A stretch of 59,952 nt of DNA from an uncultured Bacilli bacterium (GCA_934086815.1 CAKOIM010000004.1:1-59952); one strand, 5' to 3'; positions 38,594-49,604 are shown, counted from the stretch's first letter. The notes: generated from the sequence alone by a model not told the origin. Numbers and translations: made by a program.

Positions 38594-39188
38594 TAAACCA
38601 CCTTCTATTAATTAAGTATATCATAATTATTAAATATATTATAGAAATTAAGAAACCTACTAGTACATCACTTAAATAATGCACACCTAAATAAATTCTA
38701 CTTAATCCAATAAAAATTATTAATAGGAATAAAAAACTTATTAAAGAAATTTTTAAATACTTATTTTTAACATTTTTATTTATTAAGTAAATTAAGTAAC
38801 TATAAAAAGCCATACTTACCATTGAATGACCTGATGGATAACTATAACCACTTATAGAATTAAAATGAGGTCTTGGCCTTTTAAATATAGTTTTTAAGCA
38901 ATAATTAAATATAGCAATTATAATTAAATTACCACATATAGATAGACTAATTTTTTTATCTTTAATTAAGAAAAACAATAATATACTTATAGTTATAAAA
39001 CAACCAGCACTACCAAACCAAGTTATAAATTTCATGAATTTAGTAACATAATCATTCATTATAAATTTTTTTAAAAAATCATAAAAAACTACATCCATTT
39101 GCATAGTTTCATTTAATATAACACATTTTGTTATTACTAATATTGCTATTAAACAAACAACAATTACACATTTACTTTTTTTATTCAT
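38586..39188 (-). CDS. PAP2-family lipid phosphatase
   Basis: 200 aa and polytopic, with the tripartite PAP2 motif KTIFKRPRP, PSGHS and SRIYLGVHYLSD. Confidence 0.8.
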   Translation of the reverse strand: MNKKSKCVIVVCLIAILVITKCVILNETMQMDVVFYDFLKKFIMNDYVTKFMKFITWFGSAGCFITISILLFFLIKDKKISLSICGNLIIIAIFNYCLKTIFKRPRPHFNSISGYSYPSGHSMVSMAFYSYLIYLINKNVKNKYLKISLISFLFLLIIFIGLSRIYLGVHYLSDVLVGFLISIIYLIIMIYLINRRWFNA

Positions 39189-39250
39189 TTTTTATCTCCA
39201 TGTTCATTATAGCAAAAATACTCAAGATATTAAACCTTGGGTACTCATAA

Positions 39251-39994
39251 TTATTTTTTATCTTTTATTTTAGTTGCATCAACAACACTAAAAAATTCAT
39301 TTTTTAAATCTATATAATCGCTATTATTTATTAATCTTAATTCTTTTGCACTTGCAATATATATTTCATGTGTTACAAAAGATAATGCAATGGTTAAATT
39401 TAATAAGCCATCTGTATAATTTTCTTTTGTTATTTTTTCTAATTCCTCTGTGTATCTTCGAACACAAAGTAATTTAAAAGATTTTAATTCAACTTTTTTA
39501 GAAATATCTGTTTTTATATACTCATTATAAAACTCTTCTATATATTTTTCTATTTTCTCTTCTTTGTTTTTGGTATAACTATTTAAATCTGCGATTAACC
39601 ACATTTCCAATAATTTTGTTTTTAAGGGTTTCATATAAATAAATAGCTTTTCATTGTCAGATATCTTATATTCTTTATTAATAGTATAACCTGTTTCAAC
39701 TAGCTTTTTATTGGCATCAGTATATAATTCATCAAAATTCTCATATTTAAATTGATACTTATCCGAACGTTTAAATTTTTCCGGTGGTGTTAAAACCCAA
39801 TCACAAACAAGACCAGTAAACAACATATATGTTAAACCATTTACAAAAAATCCAATTAAAAACACATAATACCAAAAATCAGGTTCTTCATTGTAATGAA
39901 TTACTCCATAAATTGCATATATAATCAAAAAAAACAGACTTATTATTTCTAATACTTTAGCTATAAAAACACAAATTTTCTCACGCTTTTTCAT
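39251..39994 (-). CDS. Hypothetical membrane protein
   Basis: 247-aa ORF with two or three N-terminal hydrophobic segments. No motif recognised. Confidence 0.45.
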   Translation of the reverse strand: MKKREKICVFIAKVLEIISLFFLIIYAIYGVIHYNEEPDFWYYVFLIGFFVNGLTYMLFTGLVCDWVLTPPEKFKRSDKYQFKYENFDELYTDANKKLVETGYTINKEYKISDNEKLFIYMKPLKTKLLEMWLIADLNSYTKNKEEKIEKYIEEFYNEYIKTDISKKVELKSFKLLCVRRYTEELEKITKENYTDGLLNLTIALSFVTHEIYIASAKELRLINNSDYIDLKNEFFSVVDATKIKDKK

Positions 39995-40063
39995 TTAATA
40001 CCTCCACTACTCTTAAGATAAGTATAACAAAAAAATCCGAGATATTAAACCTCGAATTTCGTC

Positions 40064-42583
40064 TTAATCATTTAACAAAATATTTAATTTATTTTCTTCA
40101 TCTTGTAAAGTGTTTTGTTCTTTTTCTACAAGTTCTTTTGGAGCTTTATTACAATAATTTTCATTACTTAAAAGTTTCTTTCTTCTTTCTATAGATGCTT
40201 TTAAGTCTGCTATTTGTTTTTCTTTTAACTTAATTTCTTCTTCACTCATAACTTTTTCAAAATATAAATCTAAATTATATTCTTTGTATAAAACACTATA
40301 TTTTGTCCCCTTATGATTAGTTAAGTTATTATCATTAATTTTTAAAACTTTAAAAATTAAACTGTAATCTGAATCATTATTAATACTTATACCAAAATCA
40401 TGACCTATTTTATTTTCAAGTTTAATATTTCTAAATACTTTAATAAATTCAATTATATCATTAACTTTATCTAATTCACTGTTAAAAACTTCTTTTTTAT
40501 TATACTCCGGATACTTAGAAAGAATAATATTTTCTTCCTTTATTGGTAACATATTGTAAATTTCATCAGTTACATAAGGCATAAATGGATGTAACATTTT
40601 TAAAATACTATCTAAAACTTTAAATAATACTGACTTAGTTGTTTCATCTTCTAAATTAAATTTGGCAAATTCTATATAGTTATCACAAAAATCATTCCAA
40701 ATAAAGCTATAAAGAATTGTTCCAACACTATTAAAATTATATTTTTCCATATTTTTTGTAACATCTTTAATTGTTAAATTTAATTTAGTTAAAATCCATT
40801 TATCTTCTTCTTTTAAGTTTTCTAAGTTAACTTCTTTTAAGTTTTCAATATTCATTAATACAAAACGTGATGCATTCCAAAGTTTATTAATAAAATTCCA
40901 AGTAGATTTTACTTTATCTTCATCATATCTTAAATCAGTACCTGCGGCGGCCGTAGTAGTTAAGAAAAATCTTAATGCATCCGCTCCATATGTATCAATA
41001 ACATCCATTGGATCTACGCCATTACCTAAAGATTTAGACATTTTTCTTCCCAATTTATCACGAATTAAACCATGGATTAAACAATCTTTAAATGGTCTTT
41101 TATTAGTAAAATGAAGTCCTTGAAAAGTCATTCTATTAACCCAAAAAGGAATAATATCATAACCTGTTACTAAAACATTATTTGGATAAAATCTCTTATA
41201 ATCAGAAGTTTCTTCAGGCCACCCCATTACAGAAAAAGGCCATAAAGCACTTGAAAACCAAGTATCTAAAACATCTTCATCTTGTATCCAGCCATCACCT
41301 TTTGGAGCATTTTCTCCAACATATACTTCTTCACCCTTATACCAAGCAGGTATTCTATGTCCCCACCAAAGTTGTCTAGAAATACACCAATCATAAGTTA
41401 TTTCCATCCAATGATTCATTGTCTTTTCATATCTTTCAGAAACAAAATTAACTTTTGTATCTTTATTCTTTTGATTTTCTAAAACTCTATCAGCTAAAGG
41501 ACGCATTTTAACAAACCATTGACGTGATAAATACGGTTCAATCATTACACCACTTCTTTCACTATGGCCAACATTATGTTTAATTTTCTCAACACTTAAT
41601 AGTAAATCTTCTTTTTCTAAATATTTTACAACTTCACTTCTAGCGGTAAATCTATCCATACCTTTAAAAATTCCTGCTTTATCATTCATTGTACCATCTT
41701 TATTAATAACAATAACTCGCTCTAAATTATGTCTATTTCCAACTTCAAAGTCATTAGGATCATGGGCCGGAGTAATTTTAACAACTCCAGTTCCAAATTC
41801 CATATCCGCATGACTATCTCCGATTATAGGAATAAGCTTATTTACTATAGGTAAAATTACATTTTTACCAATTAGATGTTTATATCTTTCATCTTCTGGA
41901 TTAACTGCTACAGCTGTATCCCCAAATAATGTTTCTGGTCTAGTAGTTGCAACTTCTAAATATTCATTTGTTCCTTCTATAAAATATTTAATATGATATA
42001 ATGCCCCATCAACCTCTTTATATATAACCTCTTCATTTGATAAAGCTGTTTGGGCTTTACAATCCCAATTAATAATTCTTTCCCCACGATAAATTAAACC
42101 TTCGTCATATAATTTTTTAAATACATATATAACAGCTTTATTTAAGCCTTCATCTAAAGTAAAACGTTCTTTAGAGTAACACAAAGAAAGTCCTAACTTA
42201 GCCCATTGATTATGAATGTTATTAGCATATTCTTCTTTCCATTCCCAAGCATATTCCGTCCATTTATCACGAGTTAAAGAACGAGGATTAATACCCATAT
42301 CCATTAATTTATTATCTACTTTAGTTTGTGTTGCAATACCAGCATGATCCATACCAGGAAACCAAACCGCATTATATCCTTGCATTCTTTTAAAACGAAT
42401 TAAAATATCTTGAATAGTTGTATCCCATGCATGACCTAAATGTAATTTACCAGTTACATTTGGAGGTGGTATAACTATAGCATAAGGTGGTAATCCATCT
42501 TTTTCTTCAAAATAGCCCTTTTTTACCCAACTTTCATATTTTCCTTTTTCTACACTTTCGTGATTATACTTCTTCTCTAACAT
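40064..42583 (-). CDS. valS: Valine--tRNA ligase
   Basis: HIGH motif [18 protein letters not shown] motif KMSKSLGN, and a C-terminal coiled-coil. I prefer the start at 42583 (GGAGG RBS) over 42595. Confidence 0.97.
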   Translation of the reverse strand: MLEKKYNHESVEKGKYESWVKKGYFEEKDGLPPYAIVIPPPNVTGKLHLGHAWDTTIQDILIRFKRMQGYNAVWFPGMDHAGIATQTKVDNKLMDMGINPRSLTRDKWTEYAWEWKEEYANNIHNQWAKLGLSLCYSKERFTLDEGLNKAVIYVFKKLYDEGLIYRGERIINWDCKAQTALSNEEVIYKEVDGALYHIKYFIEGTNEYLEVATTRPETLFGDTAVAVNPEDERYKHLIGKNVILPIVNKLIPIIGDSHADMEFGTGVVKITPAHDPNDFEVGNRHNLERVIVINKDGTMNDKAGIFKGMDRFTARSEVVKYLEKEDLLLSVEKIKHNVGHSERSGVMIEPYLSRQWFVKMRPLADRVLENQKNKDTKVNFVSERYEKTMNHWMEITYDWCISRQLWWGHRIPAWYKGEEVYVGENAPKGDGWIQDEDVLDTWFSSALWPFSVMGWPEETSDYKRFYPNNVLVTGYDIIPFWVNRMTFQGLHFTNKRPFKDCLIHGLIRDKLGRKMSKSLGNGVDPMDVIDTYGADALRFFLTTTAAAGTDLRYDEDKVKSTWNFINKLWNASRFVLMNIENLKEVNLENLKEEDKWILTKLNLTIKDVTKNMEKYNFNSVGTILYSFIWNDFCDNYIEFAKFNLEDETTKSVLFKVLDSILKMLHPFMPYVTDEIYNMLPIKEENIILSKYPEYNKKEVFNSELDKVNDIIEFIKVFRNIKLENKIGHDFGISINNDSDYSLIFKVLKINDNNLTNHKGTKYSVLYKEYNLDLYFEKVMSEEEIKLKEKQIADLKASIERRKKLLSNENYCNKAPKELVEKEQNTLQDEENKLNILLND

Positions 42584-42596
42584 AAATACCTCCATA

Positions 42597-42800
42597 AAAC
42601 AAAAAAGAATGATACCAAGGAGTCATAAATGACGGTACCATCCTTTATTTAACTTAATTGATTTTAAAGCATCTCTGCATTATTTCTCATTTTGCAACCT
42701 TCAAATAATTTTAACTTTGATTTCCACCAACCATCAAATCTCTTTGCCTAAAAATTTATTTTACTCCTCAAAAATCATTGAAATATAAATTATTTTAGCA
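42597..42800 (-). promoter_or_regulatory. T-box riboswitch leader of valS
   Basis: Minus-strand leader contains the T-box-like AAAGGAUGGUACCGUC. It overlaps the 5' arm of a terminator helix (AUGGUACC GUCA-UUUA-UGAC ... GGUAUCAU) followed by UUCUUUUUU. A GUU Val codon lies in GAAGGUUGCAAA upstream. Stem I was not folded. Confidence 0.8.
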
Positions 42801-42806
42801 AATATT

Positions 42807-43715
42807 TTACTTTAAATCAAGCTTTTGAAATAACTTTTGATCTAATATAATTTCTATAGCATTATCAATAACATTAAAATATATACTTTCATGATCAGGT
42901 AATACTACTTGTTGTCTTAGAGAATCATCACACTTTTCATAAACTAACAATAAATTATTATTACTTTCAATAAATATATATTTTCCTACGGCATATACAC
43001 CTTTTTTCGAAAGAAATTGTAAATATTCTACATTATTATAATCCATTATATGATAACTACCATCATAAGTTATATAATATTCATCATTAAAATCTACAAT
43101 TTCTTTAGATGTTGCTTCCTTAAATAATGTTCCATCTTCTTTTAATATATACCATAAATTATTTTTACTAACTATAAACTTAGAACTATCTAAAACTTTA
43201 TTATTAAGATGTGCCGGTAAAGCTATATAATCATATTCATTTGTAATTGTATTATTTGAAAAATCTAAAAATAAAATTCCCCATTTATTATCTTTTTTAT
43301 TAATTAAAAACTTACTCGTTGATGAGATGCCATAATTAATAACTTCATCATAACTATCTAAAACATTTCCTCCGGTTAAATTATATAATAAAGTCTTACC
43401 ATTTTCCTCAAATATACCAAACATATTAGTTAATACAGGCTCAATTTCTTTTATACCAAATTTATAATAATTAGTATTCTTAATATCACTATACTTATTA
43501 CTAGCTTTTTTACATGTATTACATGCATATGTACTTAATAACTTATCATTATCATAAAAGTATAATTTATTATTATATATAAATTCTTTATTTATATTAT
43601 CATCTACTATTTTTCCTTTTTTCATATCAAAGTGTTTAATTGTTCCAATAATACTACAAGGTAAAAAGATAACTAATAACACAATAATTGTAATTAATGT
43701 TTTTTTATCTTTCAT
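42807..43715 (-). CDS. Membrane-anchored protein with WG-like beta repeats
   Basis: 302 aa with an N-terminal TM segment. DNKWGILFLD-type motifs resemble WG (KWG) repeats. Confidence 0.5.
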   Translation of the reverse strand: MKDKKTLITIIVLLVIFLPCSIIGTIKHFDMKKGKIVDDNINKEFIYNNKLYFYDNDKLLSTYACNTCKKASNKYSDIKNTNYYKFGIKEIEPVLTNMFGIFEENGKTLLYNLTGGNVLDSYDEVINYGISSTSKFLINKKDNKWGILFLDFSNNTITNEYDYIALPAHLNNKVLDSSKFIVSKNNLWYILKEDGTLFKEATSKEIVDFNDEYYITYDGSYHIMDYNNVEYLQFLSKKGVYAVGKYIFIESNNNLLLVYEKCDDSLRQQVVLPDHESIYFNVIDNAIEIILDQKLFQKLDLK

Positions 43716-43717
43716 AA

Positions 43718-45808
43718 CTACCCTATATTTATTTCTTCGGAAACTAATCCACTTGGGCTTTCAATTGTTAACAATAATATATTTCCTCTAAAACCATATT
43801 TTATTTCTTGTTCAATATTTTTTCCTGCGACTTCTAAATCTTTATTAACTAAATTAGTTTTATCATTATATTTAAATACACCAATTTTATTTTTATTATC
43901 CACGGCTATATATAAACTTGTATCTGTAATTATAGCTTTATATTCATCACTTATTATTTTTCCATCTAAGCCATATAACATATAGTTACCTGAATTAGTT
44001 TTTACTTTAATATAATTATTTTTATATTCTACTATTTCATTTTTGGTATTTATTTGGGGAGCTAATTCCGTCCCCTTATAATCATATATATGGTATGTAT
44101 CATCACTTCTTTTAAATACTAAGTAATTTCCCAATGCCTTAACTTCAACATTTGTTGTATTACTATCTTTATTTTTAAATGGTATAACACCTTCAACATT
44201 TCTATTTGTAATATTTACAAGACCATAAGAGTCACTAGTATTCTTAGCTAATACATAAGTACCATTAGTATTTTCAAATGTTACTGCATTATCATTTTTA
44301 ACATGATAATTTAAATCAACCATTTTATATGTAGCTAACTTTTTATTATCTTTTAAATCATATAATATTATATTATCATTACCATCTGGTGTCTTTGTAT
44401 CCGCGATAAATATAAATCTATTATTATATATTGGTAAATAAGAGTTATCTTTACTACTATCTAAGATATTACTTTCTTTAGCAATAAAACAATTATTAGA
44501 ATAAGCATTATTATTAATAGCATTTGCATAACTACAAGTATATGATCCTAAACTTTCTTGTTTTGCTTCATCACTATAAAAATATAATTTACCTGCAAAA
44601 TAACTATAATAAGGTAAGTTTTTATTAATAATACCTTCATTTAAATTAATTGTTATTGGTTTATCATCTTTTAAATCAATTTTTAATTGTTTATCATTTA
44701 CTGTAACACTAAATGGTTCTTTTTTATCTATTTGTCTTAATTCTTTATTAAATATTAATTTAGTATTATAATCATCTACTTTTATTTTAATACCATCAAT
44801 ATTCATCGGCGCTCCAGTTTTATCAAAAACATATACTTTATTATTAGATATACCGATAATATAACTACTTTCAAAACGTATATAATCAAATGTATTACTT
44901 ATTAATTCATTGCCATCATAACCATATACATAATATTTACCATTTATTGATACACTTAAATTATTTTCATCAAAACTTTTAATTATCCCATTTACACTTT
45001 TAGTAACACTTTTACCATCGTAATTATATAAACTATAACTATTATTATCCGCTACAACTAAGTATTCTGTATCATTCATATGACCAATAAAATCATATTC
45101 AATTTTAAAATCTTCATCTATTTTTTTCTTTGTAAATGATAATACTCCATATTTGTTATCTTTTTTTACAATAACCATTTCTTCATTTACTTCTTTTAAC
45201 GAATTATATTTTTCAATACTTTTTTTATCATCAATATTATAAAGTGTTATTTCACCATTTTTCTTTTTAGGACTATCATAAACAAAAACATATTTGTCTA
45301 AAATTATATCACTAGTAATATCTATGTTTGTACCATCTTCATATACTTTTTTATCTTCATCAAATTCTTCTTCACTAGTGTAATATGCAACATAACATAA
45401 ATCTTCATCTTTATTAACACAAGTATATTCGCCAAGTTCCTTTTTATCTTCATCTAAAAAGATTAACTTTCCATCTTCATAACGATAATTTTCTTTTTCA
45501 ACTATTACAACTGGTTCCTTCACTTCTTCTTTCTTCTTTTTAATTACTAAAAAATAAACTAATAAACCAATTATAAGCAATAATATAATACTAGCAACTA
45601 CAACTACTATTATTTTTTGTTTCTTAGTTAATTTACTCCATTTACTTGGTTTTTTTACCCTTTTTTTCTTTTCTTTTTTTACTTCTTCTAAAGGTTTTTG
45701 AACTTCTGGAATATCATAAGATGTATTGTTTAATTCTTCATCTTCTATTTCCACTATTTCATTTTTTACTTCTTCTTCCTTTATTTCGTTTAAAAATTCT
45801 TCATCCAT
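43718..45808 (-). CDS. Large membrane-anchored repeat protein (WG-like repeats)
   Basis: 696 aa with an acidic N-terminus, one TM segment (IIVVVVASIILLLIIGLLVYFLVI), and recurrent Y-x-[VL]-Y-D / KYGVL / KIGVF beta-repeat motifs. Confidence 0.5.
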   Translation of the reverse strand: MDEEFLNEIKEEEVKNEIVEIEDEELNNTSYDIPEVQKPLEEVKKEKKKRVKKPSKWSKLTKKQKIIVVVVASIILLLIIGLLVYFLVIKKKKEEVKEPVVIVEKENYRYEDGKLIFLDEDKKELGEYTCVNKDEDLCYVAYYTSEEEFDEDKKVYEDGTNIDITSDIILDKYVFVYDSPKKKNGEITLYNIDDKKSIEKYNSLKEVNEEMVIVKKDNKYGVLSFTKKKIDEDFKIEYDFIGHMNDTEYLVVADNNSYSLYNYDGKSVTKSVNGIIKSFDENNLSVSINGKYYVYGYDGNELISNTFDYIRFESSYIIGISNNKVYVFDKTGAPMNIDGIKIKVDDYNTKLIFNKELRQIDKKEPFSVTVNDKQLKIDLKDDKPITINLNEGIINKNLPYYSYFAGKLYFYSDEAKQESLGSYTCSYANAINNNAYSNNCFIAKESNILDSSKDNSYLPIYNNRFIFIADTKTPDGNDNIILYDLKDNKKLATYKMVDLNYHVKNDNAVTFENTNGTYVLAKNTSDSYGLVNITNRNVEGVIPFKNKDSNTTNVEVKALGNYLVFKRSDDTYHIYDYKGTELAPQINTKNEIVEYKNNYIKVKTNSGNYMLYGLDGKIISDEYKAIITDTSLYIAVDNKNKIGVFKYNDKTNLVNKDLEVAGKNIEQEIKYGFRGNILLLTIESPSGLVSEEINIG

Positions 45809-45877
45809 AATTTACCTCCGTAGTTTACTTCGATTATACCATAAAAAATAGCAATTTAAAAGTCCTACAAAATAGTA

Positions 45878-46678
45878 CTAATTATTATTTTTAAAATTTT
45901 GATACCACTTACTTAATTTATCTTTAGCACTACTAAATAAACTACTTCCAACATCTTTTACAAAACCTGCTGCATTCTTAGTATAAGTAACTAATTCATC
46001 TTTAGAATTAATTATTTCTTGATAATTTTCATCACCTAGTTTTTCTTTAGCAAAATTATTTGCATTAGTCGCTCCATTTTTAATTACTTCACTTGCTTTA
46101 TTAAAAGCTTTACTTGTATTACTTGAAATAGTATCTTTATATCCTGGAGCTTTCTTTTCTAAAGAAGCATCTATTTTACTAGCTAATTCTAGTACTTTTT
46201 GTTTACCAGAATCTGTAAGTTCATTAAATGTTACACCTTTAATCTTCCCATCATAAAACAAAAAATCTACTAAACTTATAAATGTTGCCTTAGCTTTTTT
46301 AGAAAAACTTTTATCATTTGTTGCACTATTAACTTCACTTAAAGTATTATTTAAAGTGTTTATTACAGCATTATCATTTTGACTATATGTAACTACTTCT
46401 GGTGTATGTATTTCATCTTGTTTTTTATTTTTATTACTAGTTGTATTGTTATTTGTTTTACTTTTAGTTACTTCACTTTTCTTAACACTTGTATTTTCTT
46501 TATCACTAGTATCTTCTTTAATGCTTTCATTTTTCTTTTCTTCTATTTTAGAATTTGCTTCATTTTTTTCAATATATCCCTTATCTTTATTTATTAATAA
46601 CCCTATAATAATTCCTAGCATTAAAATTATAATAACTCCAAGAATTAAAGGCCAATAAGTATTTTTTACTTCTTTCAT
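45878..46678 (-). CDS. Hypothetical membrane-anchored protein
   Basis: 266 aa with an N-terminal TM segment and a Ser/Thr/Asn/Lys-rich linker. Confidence 0.45.
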   Translation of the reverse strand: MKEVKNTYWPLILGVIIILMLGIIIGLLINKDKGYIEKNEANSKIEEKKNESIKEDTSDKENTSVKKSEVTKSKTNNNTTSNKNKKQDEIHTPEVVTYSQNDNAVINTLNNTLSEVNSATNDKSFSKKAKATFISLVDFLFYDGKIKGVTFNELTDSGKQKVLELASKIDASLEKKAPGYKDTISSNTSKAFNKASEVIKNGATNANNFAKEKLGDENYQEIINSKDELVTYTKNAAGFVKDVGSSLFSSAKDKLSKWYQNFKNNN

Positions 46679-46718
46679 TTAAACCACCCTTCTAAAAAAC
46701 TGTTAAAAATATTAACAG

Positions 46719-46928
46719 TTACTTAAATCTATTCATTTGTTGCATAACTTGCTTTACTTGTTTTTGACTTGGTTTTCTTCCCATAGATGACATCATAGCT
46801 TCAATCATCTTTTCATTTATCGGAGGATTTTTTTCCAAAGTCTTTTTCATTAACATTCGCGCTAAGAAAAAACCAACAATTAAACCAATTATTATGCCTA
46901 TAATTAAATATAATATTAATTTTCCCAT
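46719..46928 (-). CDS. yneF: UPF0154 family membrane protein YneF
   Basis: 69 aa: IIGLIVGFFLARMLMKK...NPPINEKMIEAMMSSMGRKPSQKQVKQVMQQM matches the YneF family pattern. Confidence 0.8.
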   Translation of the reverse strand: MGKLILYLIIGIIIGLIVGFFLARMLMKKTLEKNPPINEKMIEAMMSSMGRKPSQKQVKQVMQQMNRFK

Positions 46929-46952
46929 ATGTTCTCCCTCAAATATATTTTA

Positions 46953-47378
46953 CTATAAACGCACTAATTCCTCAAGCCAAAAATAGTCTTTATTTTGAAA
47001 ATCACAAGCAAATAAATCTTGTAAGGGTAAAAATTTCTTAATATCTTTATTTATTATATTAGTTTTTAATACTATATGTGAATATTTTACCCCAATCGTA
47101 GTATCTTCCTTACGATATTTATTTACTATCTTATGGGTATCTCCCATTTTCATATAAAAATCATTATCTTTATTTTTATCATATATTAATTTATTGTATT
47201 TTAATTTATCAATAGGTACGATTATTTGATCTAATAACTCCTTTCCTAAGGAAATACTTGCTCTATCAAGCAAATAAATATCTTCCAAAGATTTAAATAA
47301 ATTATAAGGAGCTTCTTTTAATAATAACCCCATTTCTTTACTAATTTTAAATATATAAAATGTCCTCATCCTAATCAC
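46953..47378 (-). CDS. Possible SirA-like sporulation inhibitor of replication
   Basis: 141 aa, in the same position between tkt and yneF as B. subtilis sirA (yneE). The C-terminal FACDFQNKDYFWLEEL resembles SirA FLAMDFNSKRYGWLNPV. Confidence 0.35.
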   Translation of the reverse strand: MIRMRTFYIFKISKEMGLLLKEAPYNLFKSLEDIYLLDRASISLGKELLDQIIVPIDKLKYNKLIYDKNKDNDFYMKMGDTHKIVNKYRKEDTTIGVKYSHIVLKTNIINKDIKKFLPLQDLFACDFQNKDYFWLEELVRL

Positions 47379-47416
47379 CTTAGGATTATACTAGCATATA
47401 ATATTTATTTTTTTTG

Positions 47417-49429
47417 TCAGATTATGTCGATAATACTATCTTTTTTTAAATAAGTAGCTATTTTTTCCAAAATAGTATTTTTATCTATTTTTAAATACTT
47501 AACTATCTCTTCACTTTTTCCACTCATTCCAAACTTATTAACTCCAAAAATATATTCCGGTTTTGTTGCAAATCTGTTCCAAATTAAACTTGAACCAGCC
47601 TCAATTACAAATGTTTTAACATCTTTAGGAAGTAATTGTTCTTCATATTTAGGATTTTGTTTTAAAAATAGTTCCATACTAGGCATAGATACTACTCTAG
47701 TATCAATTCCCATCGTAAATAATTCTTTAGATATATCCATGGCCATTTCTAATTCTTGACCAGTAGCAATAATTATTCCATCTAAATGAAACTTTTCTTT
47801 TCTAACCATGTATGCTCCATATTTAACAAACTTAGCATTAGTATTTTTTTGTTTATTTCTAATTTCTTTACTAACAACAAGAGATGTAGCACAATTATTT
47901 TTCAAAATATATTCCCAAGAACCAAGTATTTCGTTTATATCTGCCGGTCTAAAAGTAATAAAATTAGGTATAGTTCTAAGCATAGTTAATTGTTCTACCG
48001 GTTCATGTGTCGGACCATCTTCTCCGACGTATACTGAATCATGTGTAAATATATATGTAACAGGCAAATTCATTAAAGCAGACATTCTAATCGCTGGTTT
48101 TAAATAATCAGAAAATGCTAAGAACGTTGAACCAAATACTTTTAAATTAGATAAAGCCATTCCATTAAGTATTGCTCCCATGGCATGTTCTCTTACGCCA
48201 AAGTAAATATTTTTCCCTAATGGATTTTTTTCAGATTGAATAGTTGATTTATCTAAATTTGTTTTACAAGATGAAGAAAGATCTGCTGAACCACCTAAAA
48301 AGAAAGGATTTTTTGGAGCAATAAAATTCATAATCTTATGATTACTATCTCTTAAAGCCTCTTTATATTCATCACTTATTTTAAATTTAGTATCATCAAA
48401 GTCAATAATAAAAGCATTTCTTTCTAATAAATTAATTAATGAATGTAAGCCAAAATTATCTTCTTTTTTAATATTTGCATATTCTTCTTGCCATTCTAAA
48501 TATTTTGTTGATACTCTTTTATTTACTTCATTTTTCAAATAATTTAATATTTCATTATCAATGTGAAATGGTTCTAATGTATATTCTAATTCTTTTTTTA
48601 CATACATTAAATCTTCTTTATCTAATGGCTTTCCATGTACTTTATTTGTACCTTCTAATTTAGAATCTTCGCCTATTATTGTATGACAAACAATAATTGA
48701 TGGTCTCTTACTTTTTTTAGCACTTTTAATAGCCTTAGAAATTTCTTTATAATCACTACCATTTTTAACATCTATTATATTAAAATCTAATGCTTCAAAA
48801 CGAGTATAAATATTTTCTTTAAACGTAATATTTGTTTCACTATCCAAAGATATATCATTTTTATCATATAATAATATTAACTTATTTAAGTTTTGGGTAC
48901 TTGCAAAAGATAAAGCTTCATAGCTTACACCTTCCATTAAATCTCCATCACCACATAAACAATAAGTATAATAATCTATTAAATCTGAATCTTCTTTTTC
49001 ACATTTTACAATATTTCTTAAATATCTCTCAGCAAGAGCCATACCTACAGCATTAGCAACACCTTGACCTAACGGTCCAGTTGATACATCTACCCCTGGG
49101 GTAATTTTATATTCCGGATGCCCGGGAGCAAGAGAATTTAATTCTCGAAAATGTTTTAATTCTTCAATATCAATGTCATAACCCATATGATATAATGTGG
49201 AATATAAAAGAGCTGAACCATGCCCTGCTGACATAACAAATCTATCTCGATTAATCCAAGTACTATTACTAGGAATTACATTTAAATTTTCTTTATAAAG
49301 AGCATAAAGAATTGGCGCTGCACCTAAAACAATACCCGGATGCCCACTTTTAGCCTTATCTATCATATCTAGCGCTAAAACCTTTATACTATTAATTGCT
49401 TTATCATCTAATTTACTCATCATCTTCAC
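47417..49429 (-). CDS. tkt: Transketolase
   Basis: 670 aa with thiamine-diphosphate motifs GHPG, SAGHGSALLYS and CGDGDLMEGVS. Confidence 0.95.
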   Translation of the reverse strand: MKMMSKLDDKAINSIKVLALDMIDKAKSGHPGIVLGAAPILYALYKENLNVIPSNSTWINRDRFVMSAGHGSALLYSTLYHMGYDIDIEELKHFRELNSLAPGHPEYKITPGVDVSTGPLGQGVANAVGMALAERYLRNIVKCEKEDSDLIDYYTYCLCGDGDLMEGVSYEALSFASTQNLNKLILLYDKNDISLDSETNITFKENIYTRFEALDFNIIDVKNGSDYKEISKAIKSAKKSKRPSIIVCHTIIGEDSKLEGTNKVHGKPLDKEDLMYVKKELEYTLEPFHIDNEILNYLKNEVNKRVSTKYLEWQEEYANIKKEDNFGLHSLINLLERNAFIIDFDDTKFKISDEYKEALRDSNHKIMNFIAPKNPFFLGGSADLSSSCKTNLDKSTIQSEKNPLGKNIYFGVREHAMGAILNGMALSNLKVFGSTFLAFSDYLKPAIRMSALMNLPVTYIFTHDSVYVGEDGPTHEPVEQLTMLRTIPNFITFRPADINEILGSWEYILKNNCATSLVVSKEIRNKQKNTNAKFVKYGAYMVRKEKFHLDGIIIATGQELEMAMDISKELFTMGIDTRVVSMPSMELFLKQNPKYEEQLLPKDVKTFVIEAGSSLIWNRFATKPEYIFGVNKFGMSGKSEEIVKYLKIDKNTILEKIATYLKKDSIIDII

Positions 49430-49604
49430 CTAGTATAAATAATAACATAAAAATAAAGGAATTACTATACAATTTTTCGCATAGTAATTTTAAAATCTTT
49501 AAAACTTCTTCGATTAATTTCTTAGATATACCACAATTTCGATATTTTCCTAAAACATATAAGCCATATCATTTTCTGTTTTTATTCTTATTCTTTTATT
49601 TTTA

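Noticed and set aside
39234-39245. An 11-nt match CTTGGGTACTC between the terminator region at 39234-39244 and the 35-bp repeat unit.
   Set aside because: It is a single short match. It may be chance, even allowing for its G+C content, and it lacks supporting flanking similarity.
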